Notes: generated by a model from the sequence alone, not told the origin. A stretch of 47,719 nucleotides of DNA from Candidatus Nanohalalkaliarchaeum halalkaliphilum (GCA_022729315.1 JALDAF010000001.1:1-47719), one strand, 5' to 3'. Shown: positions 9,720-19,455, numbered from the stretch's first letter. Numbers and translations: made by a program.

Positions 9720-10034
9720 TTAACTCCAGATGTCGACACCGATCGCCTGCTTGATCTTGCTTCGCAGGTCGGCGTCTTCGCCTTCCTCGGTGATTGGGAT
9801 GACCACCGGTTCCACGGCATTCTGTATCTCCAGCCGCTTTTTCTCTTTGAGCGCATTCATATGATTTCCCTCAACAATTAAAACCCCTTGTTCGGTATCG
9901 ATAATATCATCTACGCGGGATGCAAACTCTTCTGCATCCATGTCGTATGCCTTGGATACGCCGGCCATGCGGAACCCGAGCGTGAAGGATTCCTCGCCTA
10001 CCACGCTTACCCGCACATGTTTTTCCTCTGCCAC
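9720..10034 (-). CDS. atpF: ATP synthase subunit F
   Basis: VVGEESFTLGFRMAGV and IKQAIGVDIW motifs. Confidence 0.93.
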   Translation of the reverse strand: MAEEKHVRVSVVGEESFTLGFRMAGVSKAYDMDAEEFASRVDDIIDTEQGVLIVEGNHMNALKEKKRLEIQNAVEPVVIPITEEGEDADLRSKIKQAIGVDIWS

Positions 10035-11083
10035 TACTTTGCCACCCCGTTGATCAGGTTGCGTTCGATGAACTCGTTCCCCAGTTCTTCTTCCTTGGCG
10101 CGGACGAGCATCCGCAGGTTGTTGAACTCGATCTCCTTGCAGATCATGAATCCGAGAATCGGATTGACGGATAGCTGGTCGCGGTGCAGCATCTGGATAC
10201 CTTTCTGTAGTTTGAACTTGTCCAGGGCGTGACTGATTTCTGCCGGGGACAGGTCTTCCGCATCCATGTATGCGCCGACCGCGCTTTCCCGGACCAGTTC
10301 CAGTGCGTCTTCGTATGATTCCTGTGCGGCGAGTTCATCGTTGTCCACAATCTGCTGTGATGTCGGGATATCGACCAGTCGGTCGATGATCGTTCCATAG
10401 TCATAGTTCCGTCGCTTCATGCGAAGGATCAGGTTGATGTTGATCAGTGCGGCTTCAAGCTGCAGGAACTCCATGAACAGTTTGCTGTGGCCGCCGACGT
10501 TCCGCGCCTCCTCCTGCAGGTTCCGGTAATAGTACAGGTCAAGAAGGTCCTCCATCTCTGTCAGGTTATCCGTATCTGCAAGCAGGTTCTGAAGGTTGTC
10601 GTTGAACCCTTCCCGTGTGAATTCGTCGATGATCGTTTCGATATCATCCATCTCCATGTACCGTTGCAGTGTTTCACGGTACATCCCCGGAGTGGGGATG
10701 AGCACATCGGTCACGTCCTCGTCGGCATCCCGCATATGTTTCCGGAGGATGATCTTCAGATTCTGTAGCTCGAACTTGCGGTAATATGCCTGTAGCAGTT
10801 CCTGTACGTCCTCTGGCGAGATATCGATCAGCTTGATGTATGTGTTCGCCAGGTTCTGTTTCAGGGCGCGCTCGATCAGTTCTTCTCCGCTGTACCGCGT
10901 ACCCAGCTCTTCGATCTCCTGGCTGTATCCGCGGTTGGTCAGGAACTCTGCGATAGCAGATAGTTCCATCTTGGAAAGTTTCCGGTATTCGCTGTCGGTG
11001 ATCAGGTTGGCTCTCATAACCCGGACCCGGGTGTTCGTGTACGGGTAGGTTTTGAACCGTGAGAGCCGTTTCGTGATCGTCAT
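10034..11083 (-). CDS. atpC: ATP synthase subunit C
   Basis: YPYTNTRVRVM and KEIEFNNLRML motifs; operon position. Confidence 0.93.
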   Translation of the reverse strand: MTITKRLSRFKTYPYTNTRVRVMRANLITDSEYRKLSKMELSAIAEFLTNRGYSQEIEELGTRYSGEELIERALKQNLANTYIKLIDISPEDVQELLQAYYRKFELQNLKIILRKHMRDADEDVTDVLIPTPGMYRETLQRYMEMDDIETIIDEFTREGFNDNLQNLLADTDNLTEMEDLLDLYYYRNLQEEARNVGGHSKLFMEFLQLEAALININLILRMKRRNYDYGTIIDRLVDIPTSQQIVDNDELAAQESYEDALELVRESAVGAYMDAEDLSPAEISHALDKFKLQKGIQMLHRDQLSVNPILGFMICKEIEFNNLRMLVRAKEEELGNEFIERNLINGVAK

Positions 11084-11625
11084 TCAAAGAGCACCTTGGA
11101 GACGTCCTGCCGGTTTTCACGGATAACGTGCTCGGCAACCTTTTCGAACCGCATGTCGAACCGCCGGGAACCATCCGCAGTTTCAACGATCACTCCCCGT
11201 ACGTCCTTCTCCTTGAAGTCACCGTACCTGTTTGCTACCGATTTATGGTCCGGCGACACATACACGGTACCGATTTCGATGTCGTCGGAAAGTGATTCGA
11301 GCGCGTTCTCGATAAGCTCGGATTCCCGTTCACTGTCAAGGTTCTGTACACGTTCCTTGAACTGCTCGTACACGTCATCAAGGATGTCTTCACGAGCCTC
11401 AAGTCGTTTCCGTTTCGCCTCCATCCGTGCAGCAGATAAGCGTTTCCGGCGGATCGACTCCGCTTCGTTCTCTGCCTTGTTCTCTGCCTCTTCAACGATA
11501 CTGGACGCTTTTTCCTCTGCTTCGCTGAGTAGTTCGTCCCGCCGTGCTTCCGCTTCCTCGATGATCGTGTTTGCACGGGTTTCCGCTTCATTGAGGATCT
11601 CGTCTTTTACCTGTTCAAGTCCCAT
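11080..11625 (-). CDS. atpE: ATP synthase subunit E
   Basis: MGLEQVKDEIL coiled coil, GVIVETADG and ending VLFE. Confidence 0.93.
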   Translation of the reverse strand: MGLEQVKDEILNEAETRANTIIEEAEARRDELLSEAEEKASSIVEEAENKAENEAESIRRKRLSAARMEAKRKRLEAREDILDDVYEQFKERVQNLDSERESELIENALESLSDDIEIGTVYVSPDHKSVANRYGDFKEKDVRGVIVETADGSRRFDMRFEKVAEHVIRENRQDVSKVLFE

Positions 11626-11646
11626 TGTCCTTCATCCTGTGGTTCT

Positions 11647-11798
11647 CGTTCCCCCCTACACTGTGTTTCAACTTCCTCCGCCCTGCAGGGGGAAACGGGG
11701 GAAGGGTAAGTAATTGCGGGTCTTACACCGCAACCGGCGCTCGCATCTTTCCCAAAGAGGAAAGATGGTCGAACAGCGTTCTTGTTACGGAACGCTGT
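11647..11798 (-). promoter_or_regulatory. Four consecutive stem-loops in the atpK-atpE intergenic region
   Basis: Stems 11773-11781/11790-11798 (9 bp), 11744-11752/11759-11767 (9 bp), 11714-11719/11728-11733 (6 bp) and 11647-11660/11684-11697 (14 bp with two GU pairs in the mRNA). Confidence 0.7.
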
Positions 11799-11814
11799 GG
11801 CTGTAGGTACTGGT

Positions 11815-12039
11815 CTAAATGAATCCAAGTGCGACCAGTGCGACAACGAGTCCGAAGATAACCATTGTCTCCGGAATCACTGTCAGGATCAGACCGCGTC
11901 CGAACAGAGACTCGTCCTCGGCCATTGCTCCCACAGCTGCAGACCCGATGTTCGCCTGTGCCCAGGCGGTCCCGATCGCCGAAAGACCGATCGCGAGACC
12001 TGCGCCAAGTGCGTGCAATCCTGTGACTTCGAATGCCAT
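11815..12039 (-). CDS. atpK: ATP synthase proteolipid subunit K (c), single hairpin
   Basis: GAGLAIGLSAIGTAWAQ...IPETMVIFG; GAGGTGA SD. Confidence 0.95.
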   Translation of the reverse strand: MAFEVTGLHALGAGLAIGLSAIGTAWAQANIGSAAVGAMAEDESLFGRGLILTVIPETMVIFGLVVALVALGFI

Positions 12040-12086
12040 TTTGTGTTTTTCACCTCGTTGAGTATGTGGATATACCTACCTGTTTA

Positions 12087-13958
12087 TTAGGACTTTTTTA
12101 TATGGTGAGTCCCGAATGGACGGTAGTATTCTCCGCCCCCGTGGAAAAACTTTGTGAAAAACTCCACGTAATGCAGCCGGATACCCTGTAAACCGGCTTC
12201 CATGATCTTGATGAACGTGTTGATAAAGTGGCCGACGATGATGATCGTGGCGCCTAGGCCGATCATCGCCAGGCTTCCGCTCTGGAACAGAGGTGTTGCG
12301 ATATCGTTCACCAGCTTGGCCAGTGCAACGACCGCGATAGATACGCCCAGCATCCGCAGGTAACTGAGGATGTTGGAGAGTAGTGACGGGATCTCGACAA
12401 CGCCCTCGACACCTTCGCCCTTGAACAGCATCACCACACCCAGCAGTGAGACGACGCCGCCGACAGGACCCCATGGCCCTTCGATACCGAGCACGTTTCC
12501 AGGGACGTACCAGACGGCGATACCGGCCTGGATCACGAGCCAGGAGATCTTGGCGAAGATGGCTTCGAGCAGTCCGTGTCGGATGTATTCATTGTAGGCT
12601 CCGACCAGGATACCGAAGTTGACATGGACGATACCGACGATCAGTGAGATCGCCATAACAGCACCGAACTCGTTCGGCCGATCGAACACGGTGGGGATCT
12701 GCGCCCATATCTCCATACCGGTCCAGGTGTGCAGATCATTACCTTCACCGAAAAAGTGGAACCCGAACGTCTCACCCCCGTACAGCAACCCGAATATGAT
12801 GGCGACGAACGAGGCATACATGAGTGAAAACCAAAGTCCTTTCGCCTCCGGCATCTTCGTATACATGAAATAGAACAGGATGAGCCCGCCAAGTCCGTAT
12901 CCCACATCGCCCAGCATGAACCCGAACAGCAGTGGGAACGTGATCAGGAGGAATGTTGGATCAACCTCCCGGTATGACGGGGTGCCGTACAGTTTGAGGA
13001 GTGATTCGAAATGGTCGATACCGGCAGGATTGTCGTGCTTGACTGGTGCCTCGTGCTCGTTTGATTCCAGTTCCTCGATGTGCACCCTGTCGTCCGTAGC
13101 CGCTTCCAACTCCTGTACAACTGTGTCATACATATCCGCGGGGATCCATCCTTCTGCGGAGAACGCGGTTTTCGTTGTCGCGAACTGGAGCGGGATCTCA
13201 GCTTTCTGTAGCGTTTCCATCAGCTCACGTTCCTTGAAGTCAAGGTAGCCACGCCAGTCCTGTGCCAGATCGTTCAGTTCGTCCTCCAGTTCGTCTTCCT
13301 GTTCCTTCAGGTTCCAGACCTGGTCCTGCAACCGTCCGATCTCGTTAGCGATGCTGCCCTCGATATCATACACATTGGAAAGATCGATCGGATCGAACCC
13401 GGATTCGCGTAACGCATCACTGATATCCACATCACTGTCCACGAACAAACCGATAAGATGACTGTCCTGATATAGTTCGTACCGGCCCTCGGGCAATGCT
13501 TCTTTGAACGAGAAATTTGATACGGTTCCTATATACGTGTCAAGCCGTCGGTAGTCCTCCACGTCCTCCGGATCAAGTTCAAGCCGTTGAAGCACACGCA
13601 GTTTCTTTAACTGGCTTTCCTTCAGCTCTTTCTCCTCCTGGACCTCTTCAAGATCTTCATGAATCTCGTTCAGTGAGAACTGCAGTTCCTCCAGCTGGGT
13701 TTCAACATCCAGACCGGTATCATCCCGTTCCGGACTGTCAACCGCCGGCATCTGTGACCGGATCGACCGGAGACGGATCAGTAACTGGGAAACCTCCTCG
13801 GTGTTATCCTGTGGATCACCGATGTCCAGCTCCCCGTCCTCCTTACTGTAATCATCGATATGGAGGATGCCCAGATCATGCAGACTGTCCACGATGGTGG
13901 ACAGCTGGGATTTTGGGCCGGTGATAGATATTTTCCGCATTTCCTCTGGCTGAATCAT
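12087..13958 (-). CDS. atpI: ATP synthase subunit I (a)
   Basis: YGTPSYREVDPT, GFMLGDVGYG, LSYLR and RLHYVEFFTKF motifs. Confidence 0.96.
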   Translation of the reverse strand: MIQPEEMRKISITGPKSQLSTIVDSLHDLGILHIDDYSKEDGELDIGDPQDNTEEVSQLLIRLRSIRSQMPAVDSPERDDTGLDVETQLEELQFSLNEIHEDLEEVQEEKELKESQLKKLRVLQRLELDPEDVEDYRRLDTYIGTVSNFSFKEALPEGRYELYQDSHLIGLFVDSDVDISDALRESGFDPIDLSNVYDIEGSIANEIGRLQDQVWNLKEQEDELEDELNDLAQDWRGYLDFKERELMETLQKAEIPLQFATTKTAFSAEGWIPADMYDTVVQELEAATDDRVHIEELESNEHEAPVKHDNPAGIDHFESLLKLYGTPSYREVDPTFLLITFPLLFGFMLGDVGYGLGGLILFYFMYTKMPEAKGLWFSLMYASFVAIIFGLLYGGETFGFHFFGEGNDLHTWTGMEIWAQIPTVFDRPNEFGAVMAISLIVGIVHVNFGILVGAYNEYIRHGLLEAIFAKISWLVIQAGIAVWYVPGNVLGIEGPWGPVGGVVSLLGVVMLFKGEGVEGVVEIPSLLSNILSYLRMLGVSIAVVALAKLVNDIATPLFQSGSLAMIGLGATIIIVGHFINTFIKIMEAGLQGIRLHYVEFFTKFFHGGGEYYRPFGTHHIKKS

Positions 13959-13997
13959 TGGTATCGTTGTCTCCGATCGTTTCCTCGAACCGTCCAG

Positions 13998-14315
13998 TTA
14001 TTCGAACTGTTCGAAGAATCGTTCTTCAAGGATGTCGACCGCCTCTGTAAGGCCGTCATCGTTTTCACGGATATTTTCTGCCGCTTCCTCCCCCTCAGAA
14101 AGGATGCGTTCAGCTTCTTCTTCAACATCTTCTTCCGTGTCACGGATGATCTGCTGCTTGCGTTCGGTTGCCGCCTCCTCTGCATCCGCAATGATCTTTT
14201 CATACTGTTCCTTCGCGTCCGAAACAAGCTTCTCTGCCTTCTCCTTTGCCTCAGAAATACGGGTTTCCGCCTGTTCCTCTGCTTCCCGGACCGCTTGCAA
14301 CGTACTCGTTTTCAT
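13998..14315 (-). CDS. atpH: ATP synthase subunit H (G), peripheral stalk
   Basis: LQAVREAEEQAETRISEA coiled coil; first gene of the operon, TATA-like TTTAAAAATA about 30 nt upstream. Confidence 0.88.
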   Translation of the reverse strand: MKTSTLQAVREAEEQAETRISEAKEKAEKLVSDAKEQYEKIIADAEEAATERKQQIIRDTEEDVEEEAERILSEGEEAAENIRENDDGLTEAVDILEERFFEQFE

Positions 14316-14436
14316 CAAACTCGGTAAATGGATTATAGCCTATATTTTTAAATCGTGTACTTTCCGGATACAGCCCACCATCATCGGGGCGAAGTACATT
14401 TAAACGAACAACGTGAATCCATGTACTGTGATACCA

Positions 14437-14796
14437 ATGGCAGACGACTCTAAGGACTCGAAGCGCGACGAACTTGTCGTGATGCGGATGATCAGTGAAG
14501 GAAAGGACCGGATCGGAGAGATCACGGAATCACTGGGATGGAAACGAGGACGCGTTGAGGAAACCGTCGAAGACCTGAAAGAAAACAAGTATGTGAAACA
14601 GGTGCAGGACGGTGGTGACCAGGTACTGAAGGTGACGGACCGCGGGGTCCGTGAAGTACCGAAACTGGCACGTGATGTTGCAGAGGATACCCGTGAATTT
14701 GTGGACTCTGTGATGGGATCGTTCCAGAAACACGTCAACCGCGTCATGCCGAACGTCACCGTCGACGTCAACGTCGAACAGGAGGACGAGGACTAA
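14437..14796 (+). CDS. Winged-helix DNA-binding protein
   Basis: IGEITESLGWKRGRVEETVEDLKENKYV...LKVTDRG is a MarR-like wHTH pattern. Confidence 0.7.
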   Translation: MADDSKDSKRDELVVMRMISEGKDRIGEITESLGWKRGRVEETVEDLKENKYVKQVQDGGDQVLKVTDRGVREVPKLARDVAEDTREFVDSVMGSFQKHVNRVMPNVTVDVNVEQEDED

Positions 14797-14801
14797 CACA
14801 C

Positions 14802-14836
14802 TGGATGGGTGTAAAAAACCCATTCCAACCCTTTTT
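14802..14836 (+). terminator. Hairpin plus T-tract
   Basis: GGATGGGT...ACCCATTCC followed by TTTTT. Confidence 0.5.
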
Positions 14837-14913
14837 CTACTATTTTCCCGTTATCACCTAGCTCACTTCAACATGGGAAATCCCTTAAATTCTCGCATCT
14901 AATAACGGTTAAT

Positions 14914-15333
14914 ATGGAAGAAACACATCGTGGATATATTGTACTGGATGGAGAACTGCACCGGCACCGGCTGTATGGTGATGGGACGATAGTGAAGACG
15001 GAAGATGTGAATGGTGACGCTCCGTACATCGAGGGCACAGGGTATCCGGTATACCAGTTCTGGTCGATGGCTGAAGACGGGTGGAGCATAGAAGAGATTT
15101 TGGGCCGGTACAACCGAGATACGCAACAGGTTACTGAGGGGCAGGTGGAGAAAGCCCTTCAGTATGCGCAGCATCATGAGGAGGAGATGAAGGCGTTGAT
15201 GCGTGACAAGGAACGTGTGGAACGTGCTCTTCGAGAACGATCAGATGCGGATACGCCGAGGCCGGTGTACTACCAGGCTGCTGATGAAGATCCGTTAGAC
15301 GTAGATCTGGAGTACAGTTTCGATGTGTTCTAA
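14914..15333 (+). CDS. DUF433 domain protein
   Basis: GDAPYIEGTGYPV...GWSIEEILGRY...QVEKALQYA. Confidence 0.75.
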   Translation: MEETHRGYIVLDGELHRHRLYGDGTIVKTEDVNGDAPYIEGTGYPVYQFWSMAEDGWSIEEILGRYNRDTQQVTEGQVEKALQYAQHHEEEMKALMRDKERVERALRERSDADTPRPVYYQAADEDPLDVDLEYSFDVF

Positions 15334-15386
15334 TACTTCGTACTGCTTCATAGCCGGTAAAACGTATGTGGATTTCCCGGTAAAGG

Positions 15387-15515
15387 TTACTCCATCTCAT
15401 CCCACATATCCGGGATGTCCTCAACCGTCTCCTTGCAGAACGGACATTTTTCAGGCGGTTCATGGACCTCCATGTCCTCTTCATGACCACAGTTCGTGCA
15501 TTTGTACAGTGCCAT
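15387..15515 (-). CDS. Rubredoxin-like / CPxC zinc-finger microprotein, 42 aa
   Basis: Not in ORF track. MALYKCTNCGHEEDMEVHEPPEKCPFCKETVEDIPDMWDEME; TTTTATAA about 26 nt upstream. Confidence 0.8.
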   Translation of the reverse strand: MALYKCTNCGHEEDMEVHEPPEKCPFCKETVEDIPDMWDEME

Positions 15516-15612
15516 ACCAGTGAATCTCTACCTGTGCTGGATTATAAAATCTGTGGTCTCTTCTCCCCGGAACATTGTGGTCAGTACTGCCATAAATCTA
15601 TTCTCCCAGTAT

Positions 15613-17517
15613 ATGGCTATGGAGGTTCCGTGGGAACAACTGAACAAACAGCAGCGCGCTGTCTGTGAGCATCTGGAGGGTCCGGTCCTGGTGATCGGCG
15701 GGCCGGGCAGTGGAAAGACGACGGTGATCCGGCACCGGTACGAGCAGCTTGTGAAGAACGGGGTCGACCCTGATAACATTTTGTTAACCACGTTCTCCCG
15801 TGCTGCGGCTGCCGAGCTCAGGGAGCGGATCACGACGGACACGGGTGGTGGAACCAACATCGGTACGATCCACTCCATCTTCTACAAGATCGTGCGGCAA
15901 CATTACGACAAGCTTGGGTACCACACAGCGAACCTGAACCTGTACCAGTCCGGTGAGATCCGGGAGCTGCTGCGGGAGATCGTGACTGAGCTGACGCACG
16001 GCAAAGGAAGCAGACATGTGATCAATGATACCGTCCAGTTCTACAAGGCCAACCTGGATCGGGTGCGGGCGAACGGGATGACACCGAGTGATATGGAGCA
16101 GGCCATGCAGGATGGTACCATCACGTTCCAGCACATCGTCTCGGACCGGGAGCTGGACACGATCGAGGATGCGGAGGAACGTTCTCCGGCGGTCTACCGT
16201 GAATTCCTGGATCGGTTGTATAACCGGAATGCGATCGACTACACCGGGATGCAGCACAAGGCATATATCGTGCTGAAAAATAATCCGGCAGCCCTGCAGC
16301 ATTACCGTGACCAGTACCAGTACATCCTCGTGGACGAGGCTCAGGACCTGAACTACGTGCAGTGGCAGCTTATCCGCCTTCTCGGAGAGGACCACCGGAA
16401 CGTGTGTATGGTGGGGGATGACTGTCAGAATATCTATTCGTGGCGCGGCTCGGATCACCGATACCTGCACGATTTCCGGGAGATATTCGAGGCCGCCGTA
16501 TACATGCTACCGAAGAACTACCGGTCCACACAGCAGGTGGTGGATGCGGTCAACCGGTTCATGCCGTACCTGAACGATGTGGAACAGAAAACACTGGTAT
16601 CTGACCAGGGACGGACACCACAGTCCGATGGGTTCCCACGGATCGACCACTACGAGAACGCGCACCTGGAACGGAACAAGATCGTGCAGAAGATCCATGG
16701 ACTGGTCGAGTCCGGATACGATCCCGGCGAGATCGCTGTCCTGCTTCGTACCACGGGGAGGAACGGTGAAAAGGTCGAGTCGTACCGGGAGCTTTTATCC
16801 GCGATGCGACTGGAATCCTCCGATACGCGGGGCTTCCGGTTCATGGAGAAGAAAGAGGTGCAGTGGGTGATGAACCATCTTAAAGCGTACATGAATCCTG
16901 ACGACGATATCGTGCTCCGGAACGTCCTTCTCTCCCATGGCGTTCCTCAGGATGCATTGGACGCATTGATGGAGGAACAGCCTGATGATAAAACGTTGCG
17001 GGCTCACATCGCGGATCTGACACCGCTCCACGCGGCCATCGTTGAACCGGATACGCTTCGCGAGATGCAGGAGGTGATCGATATGATCGTGGACATGGAC
17101 GACACCGACAACCTTGTAACGTACGTGTACGAGAAAACAGGGCTGAAGCAACGTATCCCGGACTGGAGCGGTGACACGGACTCCCGCCGCATGAACGTCA
17201 CCACCCTCCGCGAAGCCATCGCCGACTTCCCGCAGACACGGAGCGGTATCTCGGACTTCTTCGACTACATCGCCAATACGGCAACAGAAGAAGATACCAC
17301 GGGAGTGACCGTGACCACGATGCACGGAGCGAAAGGCAAGGAGTGGCGTGCCGTCTTCATCCCGGAACTTCGTGACGGAAACGTCCCACACCCGGTCGCG
17401 GCAAACATCGAGGAAGAGAAACGCCTGTTCTACGTCGCACTCTCCCGCGCCAAGGAACGCGCATACCTCTCATACCACGGCAAACCATCCGACTTCCTGG
17501 AATACCTGCAGCAGTAG
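15613..17517 (+). CDS. uvrD: UvrD/PcrA superfamily 1 DNA helicase
   Basis: GGPGSGKT, VDEAQD, VGDDCQNIYSWRG, NYRS, TMHGAKGKEW and EEKRLFYVALSRA motifs. Confidence 0.93.
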   Translation: MAMEVPWEQLNKQQRAVCEHLEGPVLVIGGPGSGKTTVIRHRYEQLVKNGVDPDNILLTTFSRAAAAELRERITTDTGGGTNIGTIHSIFYKIVRQHYDKLGYHTANLNLYQSGEIRELLREIVTELTHGKGSRHVINDTVQFYKANLDRVRANGMTPSDMEQAMQDGTITFQHIVSDRELDTIEDAEERSPAVYREFLDRLYNRNAIDYTGMQHKAYIVLKNNPAALQHYRDQYQYILVDEAQDLNYVQWQLIRLLGEDHRNVCMVGDDCQNIYSWRGSDHRYLHDFREIFEAAVYMLPKNYRSTQQVVDAVNRFMPYLNDVEQKTLVSDQGRTPQSDGFPRIDHYENAHLERNKIVQKIHGLVESGYDPGEIAVLLRTTGRNGEKVESYRELLSAMRLESSDTRGFRFMEKKEVQWVMNHLKAYMNPDDDIVLRNVLLSHGVPQDALDALMEEQPDDKTLRAHIADLTPLHAAIVEPDTLREMQEVIDMIVDMDDTDNLVTYVYEKTGLKQRIPDWSGDTDSRRMNVTTLREAIADFPQTRSGISDFFDYIANTATEEDTTGVTVTTMHGAKGKEWRAVFIPELRDGNVPHPVAANIEEEKRLFYVALSRAKERAYLSYHGKPSDFLEYLQQ

Positions 17518-18465
17518 TTATCCGTCCTTTTTCTCCTTCACGTACCGACCCGCATCCAGCGCCGCCGCTGCACCTTCTCCCGCGGCGAGGATGGCCTGTT
17601 CCGTGGCGATATCGGTCACGTCTCCACACGCGTACAGTCCGTCGATGTTGGTGCGCTGATTCCTATCCTTCTTGATGTGGCCGTGTTCCGTCTTCTCCAG
17701 GTCGAGGTGGTCCACGATCTCCGTGTTGGGTATGCGCCCGATCTCGATGAACGCACCGCCGACCTCGAGTTCGTGTACGTCCCCGCTTTCTGTATCCTTG
17801 TACCGTAGCCCGTTCAGCATCTGATCCCCGAAAAATTCCGTTGTTTCGGCGTTGTTGATGATCTCGATGTTGTCCTGTTCCGGGATCTTCTCCACGGTGA
17901 TCGGTTCACCGGTCAGCTCCGGACCGATATTGATGAGGTACACCGTTTCTGCAACGTCGCTCATGAACAGGGCGCCTTCACACCCGGCGTACCCGCCGCC
18001 GATGATCGCGATCTCCTCGTCAGCATACAGGGGACCATCACAGACCACGCAGTAGGAGATGCCGCGGTTGTTGAACTCCTCCTCGCCATCCGCGCCCAGT
18101 GTCCTCGGCGAGTTCCCGGTCGCGATGAGCACGGTATGTGCACGGAACGTTTCATCGCGTGTGGTTACCGTGAACAGGTCATCGTCATCGTTCCTGTCAA
18201 CCCGTTCCACGCGTGTCATGTGGATATCGACGTAGTCCTCGTAGTCCCGGACGTGTTCCTCGTATTTTTCCGAGATCTCCTGCCCGGTCAGGTGTTTGAA
18301 CCCGAGGTAGTTCTCGATCGCATCCGTTTCCATCAGCTGACCGCCGAAATCCTCGGTCAGGATCGCCGTGTTCATCCGTCGCCGGGCCGCGTATACTGCG
18401 GCAGAGCATCCTGCCGCGCCGCCGCCGATGATCAGAAAATCATAGATATCGGTGTCGTCTGCCAT
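17518..18465 (-). CDS. trxB: Thioredoxin reductase
   Basis: GGGAAG FAD motif, SYCVVCDG active site and GLYACGD. Confidence 0.92.
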   Translation of the reverse strand: MADDTDIYDFLIIGGGAAGCSAAVYAARRRMNTAILTEDFGGQLMETDAIENYLGFKHLTGQEISEKYEEHVRDYEDYVDIHMTRVERVDRNDDDDLFTVTTRDETFRAHTVLIATGNSPRTLGADGEEEFNNRGISYCVVCDGPLYADEEIAIIGGGYAGCEGALFMSDVAETVYLINIGPELTGEPITVEKIPEQDNIEIINNAETTEFFGDQMLNGLRYKDTESGDVHELEVGGAFIEIGRIPNTEIVDHLDLEKTEHGHIKKDRNQRTNIDGLYACGDVTDIATEQAILAAGEGAAAALDAGRYVKEKKDG

Positions 18466-18559
18466 ACCGTATCAAGGTCTCAATACAAGTATTAAAAAGT
18501 AGCGATGGGTGAAACGAGGGGATGATTCGCTGCTTGACAGGTGGTGGAGACGGTACAGG

Positions 18560-18946
18560 TCAACGGTCGTACAGTCTCTCCATGGTTTCCTCTACAGTCA
18601 GAACGTCCAGTAGTGGTTCGATCTCACCTTCGTGACTGATCTCGTACACGTCCGTTTCCTGGTACAGTAAAAAACCGATCTCTGCCGCGGTCCCGGCTCC
18701 ATACCGGTCATCTTCGAATGGGAGAAACACGCCAGCATCGACGCCGGGAAGCACTTCTTCGAAGTAGTAGTCCATCCCGGTCACGCCGTCACGGTTGTCG
18801 CGCCAATCGTAATAGTTCTCTACATGGTCAGTAGGATTTTCGATCCGGTAATCCGGGAACTCATCTGCAATCACAGCAAGAAGTTCTTCTTCAAGTTCTT
18901 CATCCATCGGGATCGGATGTCCAAAATATATCGATTTTCCTGACAT
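18560..18946 (-). CDS. Nucleoside 2-deoxyribosyltransferase-like protein
   Basis: IYFGHP...NP...D...GAGTAAEIGF matches the NDT/Rcl pattern with the catalytic Glu. Confidence 0.6.
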   Translation of the reverse strand: MSGKSIYFGHPIPMDEELEEELLAVIADEFPDYRIENPTDHVENYYDWRDNRDGVTGMDYYFEEVLPGVDAGVFLPFEDDRYGAGTAAEIGFLLYQETDVYEISHEGEIEPLLDVLTVEETMERLYDR

Positions 18947-18985
18947 AATACCCTGTTACGGTGGAAACTGTTAAGCCAGTGATGA

Positions 18986-19192
18986 TCAGTACAGTGAGTG
19001 GACTTTGCGGTTATGCCGGTCCATGTCGTCGAAGGTGAGAAAGGTTTTCCGGCAGTTCATACAGTCCAGGACTTTCTGCTCCACCTCGATGAAGTCAGTG
19101 TGTCCGGACATATGACTGTGTAAATCCTCCTGCTCTCTGAACGTGAGGCCGCAGAGCTCACAGGATGGTTGCGGAAAATGGGTTGGATTCAT
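18986..19192 (-). CDS. Double C2H2 zinc-finger protein
   Basis: CELC-x12-HMSGH and CMNC-x12-HNRKVH. Confidence 0.8.
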   Translation of the reverse strand: MNPTHFPQPSCELCGLTFREQEDLHSHMSGHTDFIEVEQKVLDCMNCRKTFLTFDDMDRHNRKVHSLY

Positions 19193-19203
19193 GCTGCACC
19201 CGG

Positions 19204-19455
19204 TTACGCCTCGATACCGAGGTGTTCGGACAGTTCGTCCTCATCGAACCCGACAACGATTTCTTCCTCTCCATCGTCGTCGATGATGGTAACCGGTACA
19301 CCGCGCTGCCCGCTCTTCTCGATCATCTCCTCCTGTGCGTCCTCGTCAGATTCCACGTCGACCTCTTCATAGTCGATGTCGTGTTCCTGGAAGAAGTTCT
19401 TGGTTTTCTTGCACCAGGGGCATTGCGATGTCGTATAGATTGTTACATTGCTCAT
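19204..19455 (-). CDS. Glutaredoxin/NrdH-like redoxin
   Basis: CPWC active site, GQRGVP and VGFD. Confidence 0.92.
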   Translation of the reverse strand: MSNVTIYTTSQCPWCKKTKNFFQEHDIDYEEVDVESDEDAQEEMIEKSGQRGVPVTIIDDDGEEEIVVGFDEDELSEHLGIEA

